A stretch of 63,949 bases of DNA, counting the filler, from Octopus bimaculoides (lineage: Eukaryota), in NCBI RefSeq assembly GCF_001194135.2. It is 6 parts of 6 records of this genome, joined end to end, with 100 filler letters (N's around TTAATTAATTAA, not from the genome) between each part and the next. Parts side by side here need not be neighbours in the genome. Positions count along the whole stretch, not along the records: positions 31,670 to 58,154 come from NC_068996.1; 5 more parts are not named here. One strand, written 5' to 3'. The notes beneath the pieces are model-generated. The model did not search any database. It was not told the origin of the DNA and saw only the letters and a program-made list of their open reading frames with translations. Shown piece after piece: positions 37,546-50,875 of this stretch (positions within the stretch are counted from its first letter, which is position 1; each line of letters begins with the position of its first letter). The position numbers and the translations under genes were made by a program.

Positions 37546-38289
37546 AATGAACGAATATATATACATATCTTCTCTCTTCTATATTTTCTCTTTTCAAAGA
37601 AAATATTTCTCCAGCGTTCGCTATTTCACCTTCGTTTTGGTCTAACAACACTCCATATTTGTTTTCGTTCGGTTTCCTCAAATGTCTCCACTGTCCTGAT
37701 TTTGCTCTCAACTTTTAGCCTCCATAAACCCAAAATTTTATTTTGTTACTTATGTCGTTCAATGCTCGAAATGTTACTTGTCCTGTTTTCCATTTGTATC
37801 TCTTACTGTTTGCGTATTGAACTTATTTCTTTACGTATTTCATGTCGTTTACCGTTAGTGACGTCCTGTACCCATATATGCATATGTATACATATACACA
37901 CACAAAGCACATAAGTTTATTCATACATGCATATATGCGTACATGTATAAATACATACTTTACACATGTATGCAGGCAAACAAGTTTCTCTAAATTTGAT
38001 TATATTAATATGACTTACTTCAGACAAGAAAATAAATGTATTTATGAAAATGGTATCCACATCTGTATATATTGTAATGTACACAGATGTATCCAAAATA
38101 TCAAATGCACCAAAATATTTTCATAACTACATATATGCGTGTGCCTATATGTTAATAAAGCTCCTACTTGTTGACCTGCATAAATATAATTACACACACA
38201 CACACTCACCCACACACACACTCACACACACCCACACTTATATATGTATATATATTATAGGAATATATACGCATATTATCTATCGATTA

Positions 38290-38324
<35 letters not shown>

Positions 38325-38329
<5 letters not shown>

Positions 38330-38441
38330 CAATAAGAAAGTGGAGGGGAATAGGTGGTATTCATCAGCTTGCAGACATTGTATTGTGGCTGCAAGTTGAT
38401 GAATACCACCTATTAATCCCCTCCATGTTCTTATTGCTATA
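38325..38441. other. 117-nt near-perfect hairpin (palindromic MITE or pre-miRNA/hpRNA candidate)
   Basis: 26-bp inner stem 38349-38374/38389-38414 (one G-U), 14-nt loop, 3-nt bulge, then about 23 further bp with one mismatch; TA at both ends. Confidence 0.85.
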
Positions 38442-38736
38442 AAAATTAATGGTAAAATATCTTTTTACTCGCACCCATTTATTGCACTTGGTAATGCAAT
38501 GAAAAAGCACTAGTGCAATAATAATTGGGTATTCTTCCAGTAGNNNNNNNNNNCACACGTACCTATATTATGTGGCTGTCTGTATTATATAACGATATAT
38601 TACAGACTATATACATGTCCGAGTACATACAAATACATGCGATTACTTTTACACCCACATATATGTATGTGTGTGTGTTTGTGTGTGTATCTATTTTTCT
38701 AGCCATCTATCCCTCTATATATATACATACGCACAC

Positions 38737-38772
<36 letters not shown>

Positions 38773-40541
38773 ACACACACACACACATAATCACAAACAT
38801 GCATGTATCCACTCACACATAATAACGCACAATTCACGAAGGTATATAACAGAAAATATATATTTAAATATATAAAGACTGCGAAATCCTGTCCATATGT
38901 GTATGCATACATGTATTGTATGCATGTGTATGTGTGCATGCATGCGTAGCTGCATGCGGATTTCTTTTTGTGAGTGTGTTATTGTGAATATTTGTAGTCT
39001 GTGTATGCGTGCGCGCACCCCTGACGCCTGACATTGCTTTAATGTGCTTTTAGAATCTTTCCATCCGTTTACTTGCGAAATAAATTAATTAAATGGAGTC
39101 GAGTGCATTGTGATCGAATTTACAATAACAGATGAACGAGAGTTGTATCAATTAATAAATAACCCATTAGCCGTAACCATCATGGGAGTGGTGGAGCAGA
39201 CTCGTGTCTTTGGGGGATAAAAGAATGGCAAGGAAGAGAAAAGTTTCTCTGGCAATAGTTCAGCAAGAGGGAAGGAGAGAAAAGAACGCGATTAAGAAGA
39301 TGAAGTTCTAAAGCGAAGCGGGAGGGGGGGGGGGNNNNNNNNNNNNNNNNNNNNNNNNNNNNNNNNNNNNNNNNNNNNNNNNNNNNNNNNNNNNNNNNNN
39401 NNNNNNNNNNNNNNNNNNNNNNNNNNNNNNNNNNNNNNNNNNNNNNNNNNNNNNNNNNNNNNNNNNNNNNNNNNNNNNNNNNNNNNNNNNNNNNNNNNNN
39501 NNNNNNNNNNNNNNNNNNNNNNNNNNNNNNNNNNNNNNNNNNNNNNNNNNNNNNNNNNNNNNNNNNNNNNNNNNNNNNNNNNNNNNNNNNNNNNNNNNNN
39601 NNNNNNNNNNNNNNNNNNNNNNNNNNNNNNNNNNNNNNNNNNNNNNNNNNNNNNNNNNNNNNNNNNNNNNNNNNNNNNNNNNNNNNNNNNNNNNNNNNNN
39701 NNNNNNNNNNNNNNNNNNNNNNNNNNNNNNNNNNNNNNNNNNNNNNNNNNNNNNNNNNNNNNNNNNNNNNNNNNNNNNNNNNNNNNNNNNNNNNNNNNNN
39801 NNNNNNNNNNNNNNNNNNNNNNNNNNNNNNNNNNNNNNNNNNNNNNNNNNNNNNNNNNNNNNNNNNNNNNNNNNNNNNNNNNNNNNNNNNNNNNNNNNNN
39901 NNNNNNNNNNNNNNNNNNNNNNNNNNNNNNNNNNNNNNNNNNNNNNNNNNNNNNNNNNNNNNNNNNNNNNNNNNNNNNNNNNNNNNNNNNNNNNNNNNNN
40001 NNNNNNNNNNNNNNNNNNNNNNNNNNNNNNNNNNNNNNNNNNNNNNNNNNNNNNNNNNNNNNNNNNNNNNNTATATATATATATATATATATGGACTTAA
40101 ATGTAAGTACATCATATTTATGTATGCGAAAGTGTGGATATGTGTATATGAGTATGCATGCACATATGTATGTATGTATGTATGTATGCATGTACGTATG
40201 TATGTTTGATTGATTGTATGAGAAGTCACATTGGGCGAATAGGATAATAAAGAGACTAACATGCAAAAAAGAGGACCGGAAAAAGAGACGTTGATAGGAA
40301 GAGATATAGTTACAGAGAGAAAGAGAAGTCTGAGAGAGAGTGTGAATGAGAGAAAGCGAAAGAGAAAAAGGAGCAATTGAGAACAATCTTTTATGTCCGT
40401 ATGTATATGTATGTCTCTCTTACTTTCTCCCGCATTCATGTATATACAGAGAGAGACCAAGAGTGAGAGAGAGAAAGAAAGAGAGAGAGAGGCAAACAGG
40501 CTGATAGATAGATAGATAAATAGATAGATAGATAGACAGAC

Positions 40542-40574
<33 letters not shown>

Positions 40575-42640
40575 TATACTTAGACATAGATACAGATATA
40601 AATATATACATNNNNNNNNNNNNNNNNNNNNNNNNNNNNNNNNNNNNNNNNNNNNNNNNNNNNNNNNNNNNNNNNNNNNNNNNNNNNNNNNNNNNNNNNN
40701 NNNNNNNNNNNNNNNNNNNNNNNNNNNNNNNNNNNNNNNNNNNNNNNNNNNNNNNNNNNNNNNNNNNNNNNNNNNNNNNNNNNNNNNNNNNNNNNNNNNN
40801 NNNNNNNNNNNNNNNNNNNNNNNNNNNNNNNNNNNNNNNNNNNNNNNNNNNNNNNNNNNNNNNNNNNNNNNNNNNNNNNNNNNNNNNNNNNNNNNNNNNN
40901 NNNNNNNNNNNNNNNNNNNNNNNNNNNNNNNNNNNNNNNNNNNNNNNNNNNNNNNNNNNNNNNNNNNNNNNNNNNNNNNNNNNNNNNNNNNNNNNNNNNN
41001 NNNNNNNNNNNNNNNNNNNNNNNNNNNNNNNNNNNNNNNNNNNNNNNNNNNNNNNNNNNNNNNNNNNNNNNNNNNNNNNNNNNNNNNNNNNNNNNNNNNN
41101 NNNNNNNNNNNNNNNNNNNNNNNNNNNNNNNNNNNNNNNNNNNNNNNNNNNNNNNNNNNNNNNNNNNNNNNNNNNNNNNNNNNNNNNNNNNNNNNNNNNN
41201 NNNNNNNNNNNNNNNNNNNNNNNNNNNNNNNNNNNNNNNNNNNNNNNNNNNNNNNNNNNNNNNNNNNNNNNNNNNNNNNNNNNNNNNNNNNNNNNNNNNN
41301 NNNNNNNNNNNNNNNNNNNNNNNNNNNNNNNNNNNNNNNNNNNNNNNNNNNNNNNNNNNNNNNNNNNNNNNNNNNTATATATATATATATATATATATAT
41401 GTATACATATATATGTATATATATATATATATATATTGATATATACATATGTGTGTATATACATATACATTAATATATATACATGATTAAATGTATAAAT
41501 ATATGTTAGTGCGTGTATGTGTATATGTTTGTTCGTATACATGTATTTATATATGCGTGTGTTTATTAAAATGATTGTATGATTCATTGATAGCCAGTTA
41601 TGGGTGTATGGAGATTAATAGAAATGCTTGTTAAATAGACAGATTGATTGATAAACGTAAGGGCAGAAAGAGAAGAGTGAAATTGACGAAGAGAAAGATT
41701 CATGGATGCGGAGTCGAAATGTGTGTGAAATAGAAATAGTTTATGGAATAAAAGTCTTGTAAAAAATTGTTTTAGTTGAAGTGTAAGAGAGAATAGAAGA
41801 GGAAAAGAGAAGTTAATTGACGTTTTTAAAATGGGAAGCTACGGTGTGAAAGAAGGAAAAATTAAAAATGAATAAGAGGGAAGAGGGAGACCATGACAAA
41901 ATGTGTGCGAGCGTGACAAAATGCATGCATACACACACACTTATTCACACAATACACACACATATACATATATTAATTTATACACCCGTACACGTGATTA
42001 CAATTAGTGAGTGTTTGTATGTATATATATTTGTGTGTATTTAAAGATGGAAAAATAGGTACCTAGATAGATAGATAGATAGATGTCAGGTATATATATA
42101 TATGTACATATATATATGTATGTATANNNNNNNNNNNNNNNNNNNNNNNNNNNNNNNNNNNNNNNNNNNNNNNNNNNNNNNNNNNNNNNNNNNNNNNNNN
42201 NNNNNNNNNNNNNNNNNNNNNNNNNNNNNNNNNNNNNNNNNNNNNNNNNNNNNNNNNNNNNNNNNNNNNNNNNNNNNNNNNNNNNNNNNNNNNNNNNNNN
42301 NNNNNNNNNNNNNNNNNNNNNNNNNNNNNNNNNNNNNNNNNNNNNNNNNNNNNNNNNNNNNNNNNNNNNNNNNNNNNNNNNNNNNNNNNNNNNNNNNNNN
42401 NNNNNNNNNNNNNNNNNNNNNNNNNNNNNNNNNNNNNNNNNNNNNNNNNNNNNNNNNNNNNNNNNNNNNNNNNNNNNNNNNNNNNNNNNNNNNNNNNNNN
42501 NNNNNNNNNNNNNNNNNNNNNNNNNNNNNNNNNNNNNNNNNNNNNNNNNNNNNNNNNNNNNNNNNNNNNNNNNNNNNNNNNNNNNNNNNNNNNNNNNNNN
42601 NNNNNNNNNNNNNNNNNNNNNNNNNNNNNNNNNNNNNNNN

Positions 42641-42679
<39 letters not shown>

Positions 42680-42721
42680 ATCATATATACATATAGACAG
42701 AGAGAGATATTTGCATATATA

Positions 42722-42942
42722 TTAGGCGCAGGAGTGGATGTGTGGTTAGTAGCTTGCTTACCAACCACATGACTCCAGGTTCTTCCCCATTGCATGGTAC
42801 ATTGGGCAAGTGTCTTCTACGTTATTCTGGGCCGACCAAAACCTCGTGAGATTTGTTAGATGGGAATTGACAATATGACCATCCCCAAGTACAACAATAT
42901 ATATATACATATGTATTATATATATATATATATATACATATG

Positions 42943-42982
<40 letters not shown>

Positions 42983-43400
42983 GTATATCATATTTATTTC
43001 CGTATGTATGTATGTAGGTATGAAGTACATATGAATATGTATGTGTGTAACCTATATAGTAGATTTCTATATATGTGTATATATAAATATATGTATGGAT
43101 ATGTGTGTGGTGTGTGTGTGTGTGTGTGTGTGTGTGNNNNNNNNNNNNNNNNNNNNNNNNNNNNNNNNNNNNNNNNNNNNNNNNNNGTGTGTGTGTGTGT
43201 TTGAGTGTGTGTGTGTGTGTGTGTGTGAGAGTGTGTGCGCGCGCGCGCGTCCATCGTTCCTTGACACCGATGCTGGAGTGTTTACTTCCCGTAACATAGC
43301 GGTTCGGCAAAAGAGACCGATACAATAAATACTAGCAATAAGTACTGGAATCGATTTGTTCGACTAAAGGCGGTGCTCCAGCGTAGCCGCTGACAAATTA
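42722..43400 (+). mobile_element. SINE family B split by an expanded central microsatellite
   Basis: Head GGCGCAGGAGTGGATGTGTGGTTAG..TGGGCAAGTGTCTTCTAC at 42722-42860; tail TTGACACCGATGCTGG..CGACTAAAGGCGGTGCTCCAGC at 43255-43390. Confidence 0.7.
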
Positions 43401-46400
43401 CTGTGAGTGGATAACTGACAAGCCAACACTAAGAGAGATACGTGCCATAAGTAAAATAGTAAACAGAATGAATTGAATTTGTAAATATCAATAAATAGTA
43501 ATAAAGCTTACAGTTATTATGATAGTGAATCATTGTAAAGAAAGAATAATGAGAGAGAAATGTAGTTACTGAGGGAGTATGAAGAGAACCAGAACGACAG
43601 ACTAAGCGGAATAAGGACAGGAGGTAAGAAAGAAAGACTGAATGAGAATTGGAAATACATGAACCAGAATATGTAAAAGAGAGTCGAAAAGAAAGTTGAT
43701 TAAGTATCGAAAATGAAAAACAGGAATGCGGAAATGGTGAAAGTGAGATAAAATAAGCAAGTAATTGATTAGGCAGCGGTGAGCGATGGGTGAAATTACA
43801 ACAAAGACGGGAAAATATCAAACAGAGAATTTAATAGAGAAATAACAGAAATAAAAATACAAAAATAAGAAAGAAAAATCACGAGAACCGGAAAAGAATT
43901 AAATAAAGCATATGAATAAATGATTGCAATCAGAAGAAGACTATGAGAGAACGGAGTAAAAGAGAAAGAAGACGAGGGATGAGATATATACTTCAAGAGA
44001 GGAAGATGTATATATATATTTGAAATGTGATGGAGGGTTTGTATAAAAAAAATTGGGGAGATAGAATGATGCCTAAAAGAAACGATGAATACACGAGCGA
44101 AATCGTGAAGACTATTTTGCGCGAAGTTTCATTGGGAAGAGAATAGCATTAGCAAAAACGAGGCTGGAAAACACAATAGTTTCAAAATAACAACGTCAGC
44201 ATCAACGTAGATAACGATTTGAGCAACAACATTGTTAATAATGCTTTATTTGCCACAGGGCAACAGTTAAAGAAACTATAAGAAGACAAATTACAAGACG
44301 GAAAGGGTTTTATTCAATCAAGAGAGCGAATCAAAAATATGGCAAACAACACTACAAGTTCAAAATATAAAGCTCGAAGAAATGCATTGGAATAGAACTA
44401 CCACATTGGTTAGTCAGAATTCCCCACGAATCTTGCATTACATTAACAGTCTCAGGCAAGTGATTTCCCCTAGTTGTGCTTTTAATTCCAAAAACGGATA
44501 CTGCGAATTGTACCATTCAGTCAGCCTATACCAGTCACATCTATTATTCAACATATTTACTGGAAAGCAAGATCTTGAGGTGTCTCAATTAGTGAAACTT
44601 GCAGAGATCGATATAAGATTAGCAAAATCGAAAAACGTCGCAAGTTATTAATTCTTGAACATTAAATGTGTGCATGCAGAATACCTGGTTGACGGTAGAC
44701 CTATGGTTAACTGTATAATGGTCCCAAAGTGATGATGTTTTCAAAAAAACTATCAAACTAGAAGTTGTACATCAAAGTAGATGTTCCTGACTTCGGAATA
44801 ATCAACCCATGTCATCCTACTCGACGTGTAGCGTCTCCTCGAGAAGGTCGTTGATCGTGTTCGCTCATGTTTCTTATTGTAGACATAAGCCCGTATCTTG
44901 TAACAAACTTTTATAGAGGGCAACGGCTGCCGTCCTACTATAACGCATTACCCAATAGGTGGAGGTCTATGAGCATAGGATTACAATTAGAAAGTTTGGA
45001 GTTCCGTCCTGTTATTCGCTTAAAGCGGAACTGTAAGTTCCTCAAAGAGATTAATTGTGAAGATCACAATATTCATACAACTTTCTCACTACTCGAATTC
45101 AGTAAAAGTTTGTGTAATTTTGCCTCGCCTTATCGATTTAGTGACGCAAAGGATGTTGGTAGATAAACATTTGACTATTGTAATGCGTTTCTTTTACTCA
45201 AAAATCAAACAACTTATGTTCAAGTCTGGGCAAACGGAAAGATTAGTCAGACAATTATGTCAGGTGGTAAATTACAGCAGTGGTGATGCAGGCATCAATT
45301 ACCTCTAGTCTAACTTTCCAGATGAGTTCCTTTCCTGGTTAAAGCGGCCAACATTTTCATAACCTTGTCTAAATTCTTATAATTATGAAGATGTCACCCA
45401 AATCAAATTCCAATGACGTGCGCTTATCCGCAACACACAATCCTCTAGTTGCCATCGACTCCGCTGATCCAAGTCTCAAAGAACCATTGGAATTCATTCT
45501 GCATGTAACCAACAACTTCAAATTCCATAAATTCTCACAGTTAAGTCGTCCGAACATTTAGACCTGCTCTCTTGCATCCATATCCAGGCAGGATGCCTCG
45601 AAACATCTTTAGGTTCCTCAAGACAACAAAGTACAGAAGTGAAGAGACAAGACACCCTTGATTAAATGAAAGTGAGATTCTAGACGATTCGGATTGTAGC
45701 AGTTTATTATTCCCAACAAATATCGCTGATATAGCATCAAAGCTGTCTCAGAATATAGGATAAAATCTATTGTGCTGAACGCGATTCGTAGATAACTTCG
45801 GATTATTTTATTGAAACTTCCGACTCATTCTGTTTGTATAAGCCTACATGAAGTTGATTTGTGTTACCTACCATTTCTTCAATGTATCCACGTCAGATAG
45901 AGATTGTGATCGTTAGCTCTTCTAGGAATCACAAAGTACATGCATTTCCGACAAGTACCTCACATTTTGTGAACACTGTTGCCAAAATCTTAAGCATCTA
46001 ATCGATGAGGTGACACTTATTGGCGTCCTTCTGTAGTAACTGGGAATTGTTTCATGCTATTGCTAGTTGCCGTAGGCGTAAGCTAAACCTCAACAAAATT
46101 AGCAAGCATAAAGGCTTAACACCCGTAGAGATTATCATTGAAACTCGCGGTCACTGGCTCTCGTGTGACCTTTGTATTATTGTTTTCTGCAAGTATATTT
46201 GGTATAATCTTATATCAATGTTGAGGTCAACAGAATAAAGAAGGGACTTTTTGGGCTGTATGTATATGTACATATATAAAGATATAGTGTTAGTAATTTG
46301 GGCAGTTTGCCATAAATGTCTACGGACGGTGTGCTTCTTGAAAACAAATGGGTTATGCTCGTATGCAGTGGTTGGCAATAGTAATGGAGCGATGTATGGC

Positions 46401-48068
46401 TTCATGGCTGATGAACAGTGAAAGCCTAAGAAACGAATTATTTTTAAGACTATGTTTCGAATTATCTATGTAACTGATAGCAAAGTTTGTAAGAAATGAA
46501 ATCAAATGCCGGTTTAGTTATATATCCATGAAGTTAGTGAAACTGCAACATGTTGTTGACAACATAGTAGTGTCTCCATACATTAGAATCAGAAACTGAA
46601 AGAGATAGATAGTGCCAATATTTTTATGTGTGGTATTTCAGTAGAATTTTACGCATGCCTGAAACATCGGCCGAAAGCAAAACATTAAAATTGAATTGAA
46701 ATATTGCCTGAAAATGACCTCAAAATTGTACGACCCAACCTCGTTTCCGAGGTTGTTTTATCAGAAAAAATAGTTGTTATGTAAAAAAAACATGCATTAT
46801 TTGGTAGTCAAAAGAGTACTGAATCATTTGATCTCTCATAATTTAAATTGGGCAACTCAGTTTTCGAATACTCAAGGAATATACGCACACACACAGAGAA
46901 GCTTTTTGAAAGGGGCGAGTTTATGGCTGGATATTGGGGAAGGAGATGTTAGTGTTTCTTTAATAAAAAAGGAAAAAATTGTTTAAGATTCGTATTGCCT
47001 GTTTGTTTCTCCGTAGACTACCGAGAAAAAGATGTGGAAAAAAGTAAAAATGAAGAAATTGTGGTTGTGTGGAAGAAAATTAAAATATTGAGTACGTGAT
47101 TTTTTTGGGGTGGGGGTGGGGGCAAATCCAAATCTCCTGTATGGAGAAAAAAGGAATATGAATAAATTTAGGGCAAAAATAAGTGGTGGGAGGTACGCAA
47201 ATGTCATCTCAAACATGCTAGAAACAACAGGTAAAGGACAGGATTTGTGGGATAACTTCCTTATAAGTTTATATGGAAGATCAGGTTTTGAAATACCCTC
47301 ATCACAAAAAGGAGTGATTGAATAGAAGAAGGTCATTTCCATTGGATTTGAGCAGTAATTTTACTCGCGCTCACAGCAAGAAATAACTTAATACATACAT
47401 AACTTATACCAAGAGTGTGTGTGTGTGTGTACATGTCTCCGTGAGTGTGTGTCAGTGTCTGTGTGTTTGTGTGTGTGTGTGCGCGCGCATGTGTATGCCA
47501 AAGGAAGTTATTTTTACATTCCTTTCCTAATTCCAAATGTAGAAAAATGTTGAAGAATACTTTCAAAATTTCAGTTGAGCCGTGATTGTAAAGTGTGTGA
47601 AGAAATGTGTGCGCGTATTCGTAGGGTTGACGCGTCCGAGAAACATGTATGAATCATCTATATAATTGATTGCAAAGTGTGTAAAAAATTGAATGAAATC
47701 GAGGTTTCGTCATATATCGAAGAAGTTAGTGAAGTTGTAATATGTTGTTGACAACACAGTGTCTCCATGTTAAAGATAGCTTGTAATGATTGTTTCTCTT
47801 TCAACACATATACATTTATTGACTTCATTAAACTCTACCTTAACATTTAGCCCCCCACTTAGCTTCTTATCTCCTTCACCTTACTGTCGACATTACCCGC
47901 TTCTCCACCTCATTTCATTTCTCTTTCCGTCTGCCTCTTTCATCATGTTTCTTTCTCCTCCATATGTGAAGCTCCCGTAGTCCTCCATGCCTAATTAGCT
48001 GCAATCTGCTTTCCTAAATTACAGCATAAAACGCTGCTGCATTTTCATTAATTTCTCTCTAGTTAACA

Positions 48069-48104
48069 GTATCCGAAGAAAGATTCAAGTTCGAAACGTT
48101 AGAC
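48069..48104 (+). ncRNA. Degraded hammerhead-like motif
   Basis: GUAU-CCGAAGA-A-AGAUUCAAGUUC-GAAA-CG-UU-AGAC; same spacing as the 33382 copy but with substitutions in the core and both stems. Confidence 0.35.
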
Positions 48105-48152
48105 TTTCCACTCTCCAGGGCAAGTTTACTCTATTCGTCTTGTCGATGTTGT

Positions 48153-48189
<37 letters not shown>

Positions 48190-49056
48190 CGTTAACATAT
48201 GATTTCGTGTTTAACCAATGTCTTATAATAGTTACATGTCCATATTATATATAATAATATTGTTAACATAAGCTTTCAGATGACTACCTGCCCTTGTTTT
48301 TGTTTTAACTTTGTCGTCCAAATGTTGCACTAAATCATCAACGTTGTAGATCTGCTCTTGTACATCCTACAAAAGAGATGTTCGACCCAGAAATAGATGA
48401 AAGCACTTTTGTACAGAGAGTAGAGCACTCTTATTCGTTCAATTTGTGACTTTTAATGGATTACAGTCACAGGTTTTGAATGAGTAACAGGACCAAAGTC
48501 TTCGAAAGCAAGATAACCTCTAGACTCTCAGACTATGCAAAGCTCAGACATATTGCTGTTTAGGACATTATATTTCATTATTTTATGGGCAATTCGAATT
48601 CTTGCAAGCAGCAATCTTTTATTACTTATTATGAACCACTATTCCGTTATGTTCAATTTCAGATATTCCTAATGAGCAGAGCTGGCAAACAGTAGTGAAG
48701 AATGTCTTTGATTTACCTTTAAAATAATTCTGATTAAACACTTTATGCGTTGTGCAAAAATAGACAAGCGAGTCTTGATCAAAACCCTTAAAACAGTCAG
48801 AAATCACCACTACAAAGTATACTAAGACCAAAGTATATGGTATTATTTAACACTATTGTCGACTGGAATCTGTCCTTACAGAACATTATTTAACCAAAAG
48901 TAAATAGTTCGAAAACATGTACTGACAAACATAGGTGAGCATTCAAACTTCACCTAAGTTTTGCGTACTGAAGTTTTGAGTCGAAGATTTTAACTCGATA
49001 ATGAAAACTTTGTAAAAGCTAAAGAGGAAAATACGATTGACAAAGCGATATGTTAC

Positions 49057-49060
<4 letters not shown>

Positions 49061-49119
<59 letters not shown>

Positions 49120-50875
49120 TGTTTCTTTATTAGTCACACAGGGCTGAACACAGAGGGGACAATTTACAAAGTAGAGCTTTTCTTTTTGGGGAGGTGAAGA
49201 AAGGAAGAACAAAAAAGCGGAGGGTAGATTTTCGATCAAAAGAGATCATAAAAAGAAACCATCAATAGGAGTCGTGTATCACAGAAATGTCATGATGTAA
49301 AGTGTAAAGGGGAAAACAGATTAGGTTTATCCGTGGGAAGCAAAGCCTACGGAAAAGACCACGGTAACCTTGGCCAGTAATATCATGCAGAAAAACACAT
49401 TACAGTAAGTGACTCTCTTTTTAACTTTTTTTCTGGTTCATAGAGTTATACTCAAGGGGGCTCCGTCATTCACACGTGCCATCCTTGCTACATTCACCCA
49501 TATTTTCTTGAAGCATTCAGTAGACAACACTTTCCTCTCTACTCTTACATTTCTCGTCAAGTGATACTTGAAGAAGTTGATGAAAGATTCACCAGAGAGG
49601 AAAGTGTTTCTCTCTAAACCTTTCAGACACGTCCACCATACACATTCTTTCGCCATACCCACAAGTACGGTGAAAATGGCTCTTCCCTCCCGTTTCAGGG
49701 AGGCGCGACAATATTCACGATAGACTCGGTTGATAAACTGACTCGACCTACACGCGATAGCAGTCGTTCGACATAAGCCCACTGATCGGAAACGGTTGGA
49801 CACTGTACGAGTGTATGCAGAACGGTTTCGTCGTTCTGTCCGCATCTCGGGCAGGTCGGCCCCGTGTTTCCCGAGCCATGCCAGTGGAGCTTATCCCGAA
49901 CAGGTAGTACTTCCCGATAGAACTGCCAAGCCAGGGATCTCTGCAAGTTGCCTCGTTGCGCCTCCGCCACACGAGCCTCTCGGGTCGCTCCAACTCCTTT
50001 GTTCCTCAGAGCACGCATCCTAGCTCTGACAATGCATCCTTCGTGTTTGGCGTTGAAGTGTTGGTCGACGGCCAACCTCGCTGCCACTCCGTTGGACGCG
50101 ATGCCAGTTCGAAGTGCCTCTTCTAATTTCTTAACTAGGTCTCCGTCTATTCTATTTCGGTCTAATACTAACCGAGTCTGCTTTTACTACTTTCTTTAGA
50201 GCATACCACCATGATGGTACCCGTCAATGCTCTCTTAACTAATGTGCTAATCCGGTCCCTCTAAACCTGGCGTGCCTTGAATGACGCGTTTAGCTTCCAG
50301 TAACCGGGACCCTGCGTATGTGTCTTATCTAAGTCAAATATACAAGTCACAAATTTGTGGTCTGTGTAACTGACTATGTGGAATCGTGGACAACCTACAC
50401 TATCCTTATCCACTGTCCTACAAAAGACGCTATCTAAATACGATCTGGACGACCCATGCGGTTGCTCCATGTCCACATTGGCACATTCGGATGGTTCTGT
50501 CGGTAACTGTCAGACATTCAGAAACATCTGAGCATGTCTTTGAGGCTTTTGCATCTCATCCTATTACTATCTCTGCACACGTAGTTTAGATTCCTGTCCA
50601 GGATAGCGTTCCAATCCTCCACTAAAAGTAAAGGTAGAGACGTTCCCAGGAAAACCTATAGACATCGAAAGAAATCTGGCCGGCCTATTAAGGACGGTGC
50701 ATAAACTGTTATCATTCGGAAAGCACACCCATTGCTGCCATATTCATCCAAGACGACCAGCCTACCCTCCGGGTCTAGGAGAATTGCTCTTACTTTGAGG
50801 TCTAAACTCTTCCGAAGAAGCACCGCGGTGCCACCACTGCCCATTCTCAGCAGACACGGAGAAACATAGATGGAT
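49061..50875 (-). mobile_element. Tx1/L1-clade non-LTR element: APE endonuclease remnant, C-terminal CCHC, 3' UTR and (TCTA)n tail; RT domain absent
   Basis: GSGGTAVLL..DPEGRLVVLD..VYAP, YLDSVF, YTDHKFV, GPGYWKLN, GCIVRAR, CPRCGQNDETVLHTLVQC (CX2CX8HX4C); AATAAA at 49126-49131 (minus strand) just before the (TCTA)n tract. Confidence 0.9.
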
